The notes beneath the pieces are model-generated. The model was not told the DNA's origin. It saw only the letters and a list, made by a program, of their open reading frames with translations, and did not search any database. Shown one piece after another: positions 1 to 12,900 of a DNA stretch of 64,000 nt (its first letter is position 1; every line of letters starts with the position of its first letter). The stretch spans positions 31,682,001-31,746,000 of the forward strand of contig NC_047016.1 in assembly GCF_902652985.1 (NCBI RefSeq), written 5' to 3'. Source of the DNA: Pecten maximus (taxonomy: Eukaryota). Position numbers and translations under genes: made by a program.

Positions 1-862
1 CCTTATAAGCTCTAACTCTCCTGGTAGAGGTTAGCTGTCCAAACAACCCTATGAAGTACCCGGAAATTTGGACACTTATCATAATGGCAAGGCCAATAAT
101 CATGGTTCCATCCCTGATCTTATATCTGAGCTAGTGGACAACTTTAAAACCTTTATGTTCCAACCTCGTTCTCTCTGGTCAATACTCCTGTCAACCTGGT
201 CAGAGAATTATGATTTTTTTGTTCCCATAGACTGATTTTATTAATGCAAATGATAATGAGCAATTAAAGGCAAAATATGGAAAAATCTAGATAACAAATT
301 ACCAATACAGCTGGTATGTATGCTAACTAGTCATGTGTGGGGACAAGACAACATTGATGGTCAACATGCATAGCCAATGGCCAGACTATTACAGCCATTT
401 GATGGTCAGATAACAATTATTTTATCGACCAGATCACAGATAGCCTGCCAAGGTTGATGTACTGCCTGAAGTATTTGACATTAGAAGTGCCTTAATTGAG
501 TGTAGATATGACATGCTTGGTAACGAGATAGGACAGATCAGCAGGAAGAGCAAGGGCCTTCACCTGACAGTTGGTGTCCCAAGTGGGACCAAGTGGTCAT
601 TGTGGAAGATTACCTGTGGTCAACGAAGGTTAAAGGTCCTTACTAGGCCCATACCTGTTAAATATGAAGTGATCAGATGACCTATAATGGAAATTTGATA
701 AACAGTTAATGGAACGTCCTTCTGCCACAATACTGTCTGAGAGTATCAAATTCAAGTTATTTATTTAGCCTTGAGCTTTTCAGCTCATCAGCGTTTCCAT
801 GTGTAGTATATATAGTATAACCCCATAGAATGGGGTGTTAATTAGGTCAGGTAACCCTAGTA

Positions 863-2435
863 AGCTAGAGTAACAATGGTATAAGGTTATTTCAGGGACA
901 GCTAGAGTAATGTAAGGTTATTTCAGGGATTATAGCTAGAGTAATGTAAGGATATTTCTAGGGTTGCTAGCATAATGTAAGTTTATTTCAGGGATAGCTA
1001 GAGTAATGTAAGGATATTTTAGGGATAGCTAGAGTAATGTAAGGATATTTTAGGGACAGCTAGAGTAATGTAAGGATATTTTAGGGATGGCTAGAGTAAT
1101 GTAAGGATATTTCAGGGATAGCTAGAGTAATGTAAGGTTATTTTAGGGATGGCTAGAGTAATGTAAGGATATTTCTAGGGTTGCTAGCATAATGTAAGTT
1201 TATTTCAGGGATAGCTAGAGTAATGTAAGGTTATTTTAGGGACAGCTAGAGTAATGTAAGGATATTTTAGGGACAGCTAGAGTAATGTAAGGATATTTCT
1301 AGGGTTGCTAGCATAATGTAAGTTTATTTCAGGGATGGCTAGAGTAATGTAAGGTTATTTCAGGGATGGCTAGAGTAATGTAAGATTATTTTAGGGACAG
1401 CTAGAGTAATGTAAGATTATTTCAGGGACAGTTAGAGTAATGTAAGATTATTTTAGGGACAGCTAGAGTAATGTAAGTTTATTTCAGGGACAGTTAGAAT
1501 AACAATATTAAGATTATTTCAGGGACAGCTAGAGTAATGTAAGGATATTTCAGGGATAGCTAGAGTAATGTAAGGATATTTCAGGGATGGCTAGAGTAAT
1601 GTAAGGATATTTCAGGGATGGCTAGAGTAATGTAAGATTATTTCAGGGACAGTTAGAATAACAATATTAAGATTATTTCAGGGACAGCTAGAGTAATGTA
1701 AGGATATTTCAGGGATGGCTAGAGTAATGTAAGGATATTTCAGGGATAGCTAGAGTAATGTAAGGATATTTCAGGGATAGCTAGAGTAATGTAAGGATAT
1801 TTCAGGGATGGCTAGAGTAATGTAAGATTATTTTAGGGACAGTTAGAGTAATGTAAGTTTATTTCAGGGATGGCTAGAGTAATGTAAGATTATTTTAGGG
1901 ACAGCTAGAGTAATGTAAGGATATTTCAGGGATGGCTAGAGTAATGTAAGGATATTTCAGGGATGGCTAGAGTAATGTAAGATTATTTTAGGGACAGCTA
2001 GAGTAATGTAAGTTTATTTCAGGGACAGTTAGAATAACAATATTAAGATTATTTCAGGGACAGCTAGAGTAATGTAAGGATATTTCAGGGATGGCTAGAG
2101 TAATGTAAGGATATTTCAGGGATAGCTAGAGTAATGTTAGGATATTTCAGGGATAGCTAGAGTAATGTTAGGATATTTCAGGGATAGCTAGAGTAATGTT
2201 AGGTTATTTCAGGGATAGCTAGAGTAATGTAAGGATATTTTAGGGACAGCTAGAGTAATGTAAGGTTATTTAGGGACAGCTATAGTAATGTAAGGTTATT
2301 TCAGGGATAGCTAGAGTAACGTAAGGTTATTTCAGGGACAGCTATAGTAATGTAAGGTTATTTCAGGGATAGCTAGAGTAACGTGAGGTTATTTCAGGGA
2401 TAGCTAGAGTAACAATATTAAGATTATTTCAGGGA
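863..2435. repeat. Minisatellite, 31-bp unit GCTAGAGTAATGTAAGGATATTTCAGGGATA, about 50 copies
   Basis: Direct 31-nt periodicity with recurring variant units. Confidence 0.97.
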
Positions 2436-5400
2436 AAGAACAGCAATGCAAGATGATTTCAAGGACAAGGAATTGAGAGATGATCGTGGGGGAAATCATA
2501 ATTAAAGAAATAGATGAAGAATAATTAAACAGTTATAAATTGTACGAAACTTGTACAGTACATGCACGCATGATCAATACAGGTGAAAAGCTCATTTGCC
2601 TTCAGGACATAAACACAGTTTTTCTTTATGAATGTTTTAGAAGAAAAAACAATATAGCTGATTTTCTTATCACTTTAAGTTCAAACTGAAGGTCTGAGGC
2701 AATGATGATTTTGATAAGGAACTAATGATTCGGAAATGAAAGGATTTAGAGTGCCTTAGAGGGTCAGCAATTACTTAGGGCTTAGAGGAGATCGTGTTGG
2801 AGATTACAGAAAGCTGAGTGTTAGCTTTAGTGAGGTGGCCTCCTATTCAATGTAATCTGTATAGATCTCAAAATACCCAAGCTGCTGTAAAATCTTCTGT
2901 TGTAGTCATAATCTAGATATGAATTGTTACTGATGTTGTGTAACATATGTAATGGGATTTGGTGGGTACAAAAGTCCAGCAGACAGAGGGGCACTGATGT
3001 GTCATCTGTATCAGTGACAGATGCTGTCGGTTCACAATACAAACCAACTCTTGTTAAAGCATCGTATGACTCTTAAATTACAGCATAACAGCTGACAAAC
3101 TTGTAACCAGATGTCTTTTTAACCACAAAAAATATTTAGGGAATATATTTTTGGTATCATAATATGGATATAATCAATAATACACCCTTGAACTTTCGAC
3201 CGTGTGTTAGGTTGTCCACTTTATAATCCAATGGTTGTGTAACAAAAAGAGTTGTGTACAGGAGCTAATTTGGTCTTTGGACCTTGACTGGGTGTGATCT
3301 CATGATGTGAGGAGAGGTGATGGGAGGGATATATAAGGTTGATTATCACAACTATGTAATCACATATATAGGTCTCAATAATATTGAGATATTTATATAA
3401 TTATAGGTACGTCTACATGAAAATAGATTATGTTAATGGCACTTTAAACTTAAATGCTTATATCATCCACCGTATGCACTGGACATTCAGGTTGACCAAG
3501 GATTGACCTTTCTACTAAGGAATTAGCTAGGTGTTAAATATATACTATACTTGTTGAATGAATAAGGTGTTAAATACTTATTGATATATCCACAGTATGA
3601 ATGGGTAGCATTATAATACTAAGGGTCCAGAATTAAGAATATCTCCCCTATAAATAGGCTGTCTTAATTGTTGAATATAGAGGTTTTGGGACCATTCTCG
3701 TAATAGTTGTCTGCATTTATCTTCCAATGTATTTGGTTGATAGATGTCAACTACATGATATAAATAATAATAGTATGATGCCAGAATGCATATTAAAGTA
3801 GGTGTAAACTTGTTTTGACAAAGTTAGAGTGTATAAGGCAGTGTTTAATTACTGTAAACATCAGGGTACTCCCAACCCGAATATGTAAGCTGATTTTTTT
3901 TCTGGAGCTCCTCCCACATCTTGGTCACTCAATAATACCCTGTGTATGATAGGGTCTTCCCACACCCAGGTAAACAGATGTTGATATCTATAGGTGTGCT
4001 GTTGGCCAGGTTAATGTTATAGTCAAATTCTGTTATATATCACAGCTGATATTGGTATATCTCTATGTAAGCTGCACATCATGTAATGTCACCTTAAATT
4101 GTTCAGTTGACACGGTTAAAATTGATATCCAAAATTGATATCCAAAATGTGTGTCACTGTTTTGTCGCTTACACCAAAATTGTTGTGTTGGTCATGCTTG
4201 AGTGAGCACACCCAATGATTATACCTGTGGAGACTTACCTGCCCAGGTGTATAATACAAGCCAGTAAGTGGAGGTGGCCAGAGAGTGGATGAGCTTTAAA
4301 CACCAAACTACAAAACTGTTTCTGTAAGGCTAATGTTTAGACAAAGGATTACCTGACTTTGGCCAGCTTGTTTTCTTGTGGATAATAATGAGGGTGTGAT
4401 AAAAAAGCCATGGATTGATATATGTGTGATATTCTGTGGTGGCATACCTAGATTGTCGGTTGAACAGAAACTATTCAGGAGAACCTGTAGCCTCACACAT
4501 GGGGCTTGAGGTAGATGAAATGGAGGTAAGCGGTGACACATTTACTTTGATTTCAGGACATCTATGTTTGAGCTGTAAGATTTGCTATCAGGGTAATATA
4601 CCGTTATAAATTCAAACCAAGGATATAACAGGTTGTGTATGTGTCAGATATTGTTGTTTTGAAATTTGTTTATTTACCTGATCTTAAATGTTGATTATCT
4701 TATTGTTCATTAATAAAGTCAGGTAAGGTAATCTATGTTATATTAATTTAAATCTTTAAGTTATATATCAGATGATATGTAATTTGAAATATTTAATGGC
4801 AATGAATATGAGTAAGACATATCTTATTACACTAAATTGTGGTATAAATGCATGTATACTAGCTGTGATACATCCCCATGCATGCAGTGATATTGTAAAC
4901 CTGATCATTATTTATGGAGGTTTACATCATGTGGATTGTATTACAACAACACCAAGGATATTTATTTATGGACACAGGTATAATCAGAGGACATATCATA
5001 GTTGACTCATCGCTTATTGAATTATTGCCAGAGTCAATGATATGTTTTAACAATGTCGCATGTAGATAGCTATTTTTACTGTCAGTTGCTATAAATATGA
5101 TACCCATGTTAATGAGACTTTAATTATATAATGCTATAATTAGCATATTCTTACATGTGAAGTCTAGCTGTACATATATACCTCAACAGTAATATATTAT
5201 ATATGTAAATACATGTATTTACATTAACATGTCAGACATGATCAAATGCTGCTTTATTTAGACAGATTTCTAAATATTAGTACTTACTGATTAGTAATTC
5301 TATTATTACCTTTAGAAATCTCTATGGAGAGATTTTAAGATCACTGTAAAGACAGCTGTATTTAGGATCAAATCTTTAATAATTCAGATGTTTAAATGAT

Positions 5401-8400
5401 AAAATGTGTTTAAAACTATGGCAAAAATTGATTAAGATGAAAATTGCAAGGAAGAAAACCAGGCTAAAGATATAAATACGTACTTTCAATATCACTAATA
5501 TATAAATTAATAGAATAAAAATTACCTATAGATTTGATGAAGGTGTATTTAAGAGCCTTAAAGTGTAGGTTGAGGATGTTCTGACCAGTGGTCAGTCTGT
5601 ACCTGTCAGTATTGGAGGTTACCAATCTGTCAATCACACACCTCCACACCTGTGTTAACCAACGCCCATCCATCTGTTTCCTCACCCACTATTCATCGTA
5701 TGTCAGATTTGTTTATTTACTCTGGAGGAATTTAATAGACCTCAAATGAAAACAACAATGGTCATGGCAGTTTGAGTGCAGGAACAAACGTCACAGCCAT
5801 CAGGTAGCTCATTAGATTGACCAGGTATATCATCACTGTGACATCATTACATAGGCCCTATCCTGTTAGTGTCAAAAACTGCCATTAAGTTTATGTATAG
5901 ACATGATGACTGTTATGTAATGTTGAATCAGCTGTCTTGTTTCTGTCTAAAACTGGTATTATATCTGACAATACAATACAGCTTGTTGTTTGAAGTTTCT
6001 ATACATTATATTAATTAGTATAGGGTCTAGTAATTAAGTAATAACGACGGTATAATCCAATATAGGTACTGGATCCTAACAAAATTTTTTCGTTAGATGC
6101 GTATTACTAGAAATAGATAATTGTCAAGTAGTAATAACGACAGTACAGACAAGTAAATTTTCGAATTTTAATTAGTATATATATAACTGATGATATATAA
6201 TATAGTATACATTATTTGAAGTCCCTATACATTAGTATTCTAGTTCCAAATAATTAAGATAATAAGTTATAATCGTAATTAAGCTTTGCTTACATTTCTG
6301 TTCATTTAGCAGACATATATGAGGAAACTAACTGAAATATTTATCTTTCAAACTTTACCATAAATGTACAACGTAGATTTCAGGAAACCTTTGTTACCAG
6401 GTAATCTTCTTATCAAACTATATATTTTAATTGGTTTCTAAACTGTTTAAAATTTTGCCTGGTAGTCAACAATATTTTGCAATCCTATGACAGGTTTTTA
6501 CTGGAGTAAATACCTTGTAAACAGCTGGTACAATGTAGGTATATATAGGTGTATATGACATTTATTGTTGGTATTTCTGCTGATATCTGTGGACATGCTT
6601 TACATACCTATAAAGGTTAGCGGTAATTACAAGCTCCCTGGCTGGATTAACTCGACAGAGAAATGTACATATTATCATTCCTTTTCTACCTGACAATGTT
6701 TCTGGCTGATCTTTACTACCTAGGTCTGACCTCCTCATACCTTACAGAGGAGACAGGTTAATTGGGGATGATCAGGGAAGGCCTTACCTGTTAAACCCAC
6801 AGGTGATAACTAACAGCCATGGGGCTATATACACTGGGTACTGCAGGTAGAAATGGCAATTAAGTGGCTCTATGGTTATTGCTAATCAATTATATTGTGA
6901 TTTACATATTAATTTCCAGATGCCAGTATAATAACCTGAAGGTACAGGAGGTTGAATTCTAAATGATAATTTGAGAAAAGACACACACAAAAAAAGAGAA
7001 AAAAGCATGTACTTAAAAAAAAATCACAATTAATTTATCAGAAATAAAATGAAATATATACTTTCACTGATAAACATATTCTGAGAAAGTGAAATATTGT
7101 TTAAGGTCGTAGAGTATGAATTGAATGTTAATAGTTTAGGTGTATGTTGGGTGATTTTGTTGTTGTGTATAATAATGTTGTTATTGTGTATATGTGCTCC
7201 CAGCATACTAACATGACACAGTTATGTCAATTCATCACATTCCTACTGGGATCTCACTTCAGTAAGTATGTAGATAAATAGGACATATACACAATGGAAT
7301 ACCGTTAATTACTTCAGAGTTAGGTTTTTGTTCTGTCTGTATTTCAAGAATTTCAGAAATGTGGAGGCCATATGGATTAATTAAGCCTTTTATTGTACAA
7401 ATTGTCCCCTGTGTAATATATTGCAGAAATATTTAGGTCATAGAGACTTTATACAAAATGTTAATTGTAGTTAAGTAAAAGGTGTTTCTATTATATAACT
7501 ATATACCTATGTAGAGTGTGCCTTAGTTAATTATACAACATTCCTCAGTCCAACATATCTAATACACTGTGTATAAATAATTTTAATGCCCCAGTTCTGT
7601 CCGAACATATAATATAATTTTATGTCCCACGTACCTTTGCCAGGTGCATGATGATGCAGTCTTAGAAAGTTTAATTTTGTTAGGCTTGTTTAAAAAAAAA
7701 AAATTGTGTTTTATATACGTCTTCCACCAGTCCCTTACACTATGTACTGTATCTCTACCATACAGTATTCAATAATATCTAAGAGAGAATTTCAGTTTTC
7801 CTTTCAGTTTTCTTTTTAGCCTGGTATATATTCCAACATCTTTATCACAGATGATGATATAATGATGCTGGGACACCTGGGGAAGTAAACAACCTGATGC
7901 CCTACTTATTTATTTTCTCTCACTTTTAATGCTACAGTAAACAAATGTTGTTGTGTCTGTCTGGAGGCCCAGGGTTGTGTACACATGTATTTTTGGTACA
8001 GATGAGAGGAACACAAGCTCTCTGACTGTCTGCTAATGAATAATTAAAACTCATTTTGCCACAAAATCAAGAAAAATCAAGATTCAATTATTTTCTTTTT
8101 ATTCCACTTAACTAAATCAAAGATGTGTATTGTAACAGCCATCATCATATTAAGATAGCTTAATCAATGGAGGCCAATCACGATTGGATGTATCTTTAAA
8201 GAATGAAGAATGCCAGAAAACTGACTAAACATCAGTGTCAGGTTGTAGATCTTGTTAGCCTTTCTGTCAGAATATGTTTTGGAATCTCAGCAATAAAACC
8301 AATAGCTTAAATAAATAATTCAGTCTAAATTACTGATCTGAAACCCCAGATATAAATAATGGTATTTGTGAACATGGTAAATACGTATACGTTGTGTGTT

Positions 8401-8530
8401 TTACTGATGTTATACATGTTAAAGTGACATCTATGGTTGTCAATATTAGACTCGGGGTCAACAAGTTGAAGTATCAGGTTTTCCTAACATTTAAATAGTA
8501 AAACGAAAGTTGACGTCATGTTTGATTTTC

Positions 8531-8672
8531 TAATACAATCTAATGGTAAAACGAAAGCTGACATCAGCACCTATTATTAATACAATCTAATGGTAAAACA
8601 AAAGCTGACATCAGCACCTATTATTAATACAATCTAATGGTAAAACAAAAGCTGACATCAGCACCTATTATT
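8531..8672. repeat. Tandem repeat, 47-bp unit x3
   Basis: TAATACAATCTAATGGTAAAACAAAAGCTGACATCAGCACCTATTAT starts at 8531, 8578, 8625. Confidence 0.9.
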
Positions 8673-9169
8673 GAAGTCCTTGGCTATTCCTACTGCCTGA
8701 CTAAGAGGGAGATAAAGAGTTTCGTAGAAAGGATAAAAAAATTAAATGCATACACTTTGTAATTTTTATGCAACTGCTCTCAAAAAGTTTAAGGATACTC
8801 ATGTTACTATTATTAACTTGAAAATTCTTGAACTTGTTAAGAGGAGATGCATGAACATACAAGCTACCAATATGTGCAGTATTCAACCTAATAAGCACAC
8901 TGTGCATTTACTAAAACAGAAAAACAACTATATACAGGGAAAAGTTTCCATATGAAATCTGGGTGTGAAAAATAACTTTTTTCTTTTACTTACACATCTT
9001 TGAGAAACAAAAACAATCCAGTCTTTGGTTAAAAGTCTGAAGATTATACTAACAGATCAGTGAGGAACATTTTATGTTTCAATTAGTGCAACCATCCTCC
9101 TAAAAATGGTGCTTAGGGGCACATACGCTCCATTAATTAATTTCATGTTATTAGAGACCTTTACATTAT

Positions 9170-9744
9170 ACAGTTATTGCCTTTAGTGGAGGTGTACATG
9201 AGACTATACAAACCTGGTCACGAGTGCCGCCTTGATGAACAAACTCTTGACCAGGTCTGTATAGTCTTGTGTGCATCGAACACAAAAAGCAATAACTGTT
9301 TTGTAATATTGGCCAACTAAAACAAATGAATAAAAAAATCTCAAGGCTCCTTTGGAACTTAAATATGGCAAGAATAGTTTTGTTGCATCTGAAGTATTTT
9401 TCCGGGTGTTCAACAAGTCTTTTTTCTTCAAAATATCTTTTAATATGGGAGCGAAACGTTGTTGGGGTATCTCGTCTGCCATATTGTAAACAAAGTGATA
9501 CCGAACGATCGTTTGTTTCCAGCTTTCTGATTGGCTGTTGTTCAAAGTAACAAGTTGCGTTATTGGAGGCAAATATTGCCGACCTGTTCCTGCTATAAAT
9601 AGCATGAACAGGTCCGCAATGATTGGGTAATTTCCCAGCTGTATTTTTAGCACAAACAGGTCTACTCACTGATAGGTCCTTGTGAGGAAAACAGGAAATT
9701 GGCCAATGAAAATTAAGGAAATTACACTCCAGATATATTACAAA
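9170..9744. mobile_element. Two-domain foldback element (long hairpin plus IR-bounded body)
   Basis: ACAGTTATTGC 9170 / GCAATAACTGT 9289; 25-bp inner arms 9201-9225 / 9243-9267; TTTGTAATAT 9300 / ATATTACAAA 9735. Confidence 0.6.
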
Positions 9745-9844
9745 TACCATGTTTATACTGATGTAGAGACTTGTACATTACATTGTTATGATAGACGTGA
9801 ACATATTGTACTATTACACTGAGATTTTGTTTGTGTGTTTACAG

Positions 9845-9958
9845 GCAATCAGCCAGGGCAGTGAGGAGTCGTTGGACAAACAGTCTAGCCTGCCTCACAT
9901 GAAAAGCTTTGATGCAGTCGTCTTTGATGTATTGCGAGTTTCACCTGATGAATTTGCT
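9845..9958 (+). CDS. RALGPS: RalGPS exon (AISQGSEE...[19 protein letters not shown])
   Basis: ttacAG acceptor, GTaagt donor, 114 nt, phase 0/0. Confidence 0.93.
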
Positions 9959-12900
9959 GTAAGTGAAATGAATTACAAAGGGGAGATAATTACCCTCAAG
10001 GGGATAACAGTTAACGCCCTATGATCACAAGTTACAGCTTCTTCGTGCAGAAGTAGACATTTTTCTCGATCCCTCCTTCTTACAGAAAACACAGAAGAAA
10101 TCAAAATTTTTCAAAGATAAATTTTTGTAATATTGTTTATCTTCATCTTTTGTCCCTGCAATTTACAGAACATTTGCACTTTTGCACTGATGTCTGATGT
10201 TCCAGAATCATTTTTTGTCCATAGCCCAGTAATTTTGTGTCCATGGCCTAATATTTCATTTGAAGTAGTTTATAGCACTATAAGAAAATCCACATTCACA
10301 TCATATTGTTCATCAGCTGTTAGACTGTAATAGCGGATGTAAAACCCGTTATAGAAATATCCATCATATTGTCAAATGATTTACAGGTTGGGATGACATT
10401 GTTCACTCCATATACATTGTAAGGGCTTTCAAGCCTAGCAAGAGGCTGTAAACATAGCACGACTCCTGACTTACAACATTTCAAATTCAAATTTGTTTTC
10501 GTCCCATTTACATATATTTTCTCACAGTCGATGTATTTTATGGGTTTCTGCCATAAGGTAAATACATGTACTGGGAGTCACACAAACACCTGTTAAATGA
10601 TATATTATTGATGTGTCCTATTTGATATTTACTTTTAAGTTAAGCTCTTGTTATTTATGCTTGGGTTAATCTACCTAGATGGATTCATTAATGTTGACTG
10701 TCTGCATTTTAAAATGTTTTCACCACCCACACATGTATGTAAATGACAGCAGTTCTTCACGGAGGTCATAGTTACATTCTACTGATAATAGTATTAATTC
10801 ACTATCACATATTTCGTTATAAATTTGGTTTATAATAGGTGATTCGGAATGTATAGTCATGAATTATTATCAAATTTGCTTATATCTTCTGTTGAAGGTT
10901 TTGTTACACAAAATACAGTTCAGAAACTCTACAAAGTTTTCTGCTCATTAAAGGACAGTTTTAAATAGTTGTTTATCACTGTGTTTAGAATTTAGTTAAA
11001 CATTACTTGTGTAAGAGGTAGAAAGACATAATAGGAAATTTTCAGATGATTTAGATAATTTCATCAATTGTTGGATTTAAAAAGAAATCTGAATGAAAAT
11101 GGTCATATCGTAGTGAATAGCTGTGTATTTACGTATAACTGAATGGTTACCTTAGGTCTAGACAACATAGTGTATAAAACTATCCTTTATTATGTGGGAG
11201 TACACCATGACATGTATACACTAGGAGAGGAAATACAGACATGCTTTTAAGTTTAGTGCAACAAGTTCTTAACTTCCCACACAACAGGAAAACTGTCAAA
11301 GCAGTACACACTACCTAACTGAGATAATGTAAAGATGGGCCAGTTAGATAACTTCTTTATCATGGTTAGCTTTCAAATCTTATCTATTAAGTTATGTGCC
11401 AAAGTGTTCATACAGTAGGAATTGATCATCTGATTAAAAGTTATAGTTGTTGGTATTCAAACAGTAGCCCATGCCAAAACATTTTATCAGAAACATACCG
11501 TGCAGTACAATGTGGGTGTCATTATATGTAATTGTCTGTACATATTGTATACGAATAACCTGTATGTTTGTGGTCGCAATCAAATGTTTATATGGATTTT
11601 TTGCATACTTGCATTGTATATTACCACCTACATATAAATTGATACCAAGGTATATTTCAGAAACATCTGTTAGTGTTCTGACCTGTATAAAACCACCTAC
11701 ATATATAAATTGATATTTCAGAAATGTCTGTTTGTTTTGATGTCTAGTGATCAAGGCTGAGTTACTTATTTGTAACCTGAGATATGCCCCTCCCCCTCCG
11801 TCATCCTCCTGTCACATCCTCATTGTGACTCATACCTACATTGACCTAGAAGTATAGGTCTGGTGTCATTTTACATATTTCGTGCAGGTTGTGGGGGAGG
11901 ATGAATGTGTGTGGGATTGCAACAAGAAAAAAAAATTGTTGTTGTGTTTGTTAAAATCCTGTCATTCAATAACACCTTTTATCAAACCCCAAATATGCTA
12001 TAGTTGCAAATATTAATAATTGTCTATAATTTATTGTGTACACATGACTGAGTAACTATCCCTGTGCATATAATGACATCTAAATAAAAACATCTTAGTA
12101 GGTTCTAGTTCAGTAACTAGCCTGGGAGAGCATTAAGCTTTCACTTATATATATGTACATGGTATTGGGTGTGGTGGGCGAGTCTGATTTTATAGACAAT
12201 GTTTAGTATTTGTACATTACAAAGATCAAAGTTTCCCCCAGGTTCAACATTGGTGCAGCAAATCCATAGACAAGGGAAAAACAACATGACAAAAAAAAAA
12301 TGTTTTTCATTGTCTCTGAAAAAATCTTCAGGTTATCAAAATTAAAATTAAAATGTGTAATGTATATTGATGGTGTGTTTTAAATGGAAAATCCCAGGGG
12401 ACAGACAGTGTTTACATGAAGTTAGAAAATAGGTATTGTCACCACCCATATACAATAATGCATAAAGATTGATATCAGGGTAACTGTTTTGTACATCATT
12501 ATCAAAATAGGGGGAAATTGTATGAATTTGATGAGTTGGTAAAGATAATCAACGTATCATATATTTATCCTGTAATAAAACATGTCTGGTAATAAGCCCA
12601 CCGCCCATGAATATTGTAGTTCAGCTAAAAGGCCAACCAATGCTATTTGTCTTGTAATACATGTAAGCCATCATTTATGCTTCAAACATTTTGTGTTGGT
12701 TCCAAAGCTGGACTTAATACAGGATAAATATGGTCTGGAATGATAGCATTACCCAAGATATGTCTTTTGACTAACCACAGGATTAATACAGTATTGAATG
12801 TAATACAACCCTAGGTATATCTTTGTGGGGATACCTATTGTTACTCCATCCAGTTGATTGTCTATCTTTGTGGGGATACCTATTGTTACTCCATCCTGTT

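Noticed and set aside
7204-7261. Candidate upstream RalGPS exon (cccAG ... GTaagt, containing two ATGs)
   Set aside because: Both ATG frames end in phase 1 or 2, but the 9845 exon needs phase 0. It could be a UTR exon but this is unsupported.
9166-9750. 194-aa and 149-aa minus-strand ORFs
   Set aside because: No recognisable domain; they coincide with a non-coding foldback element.
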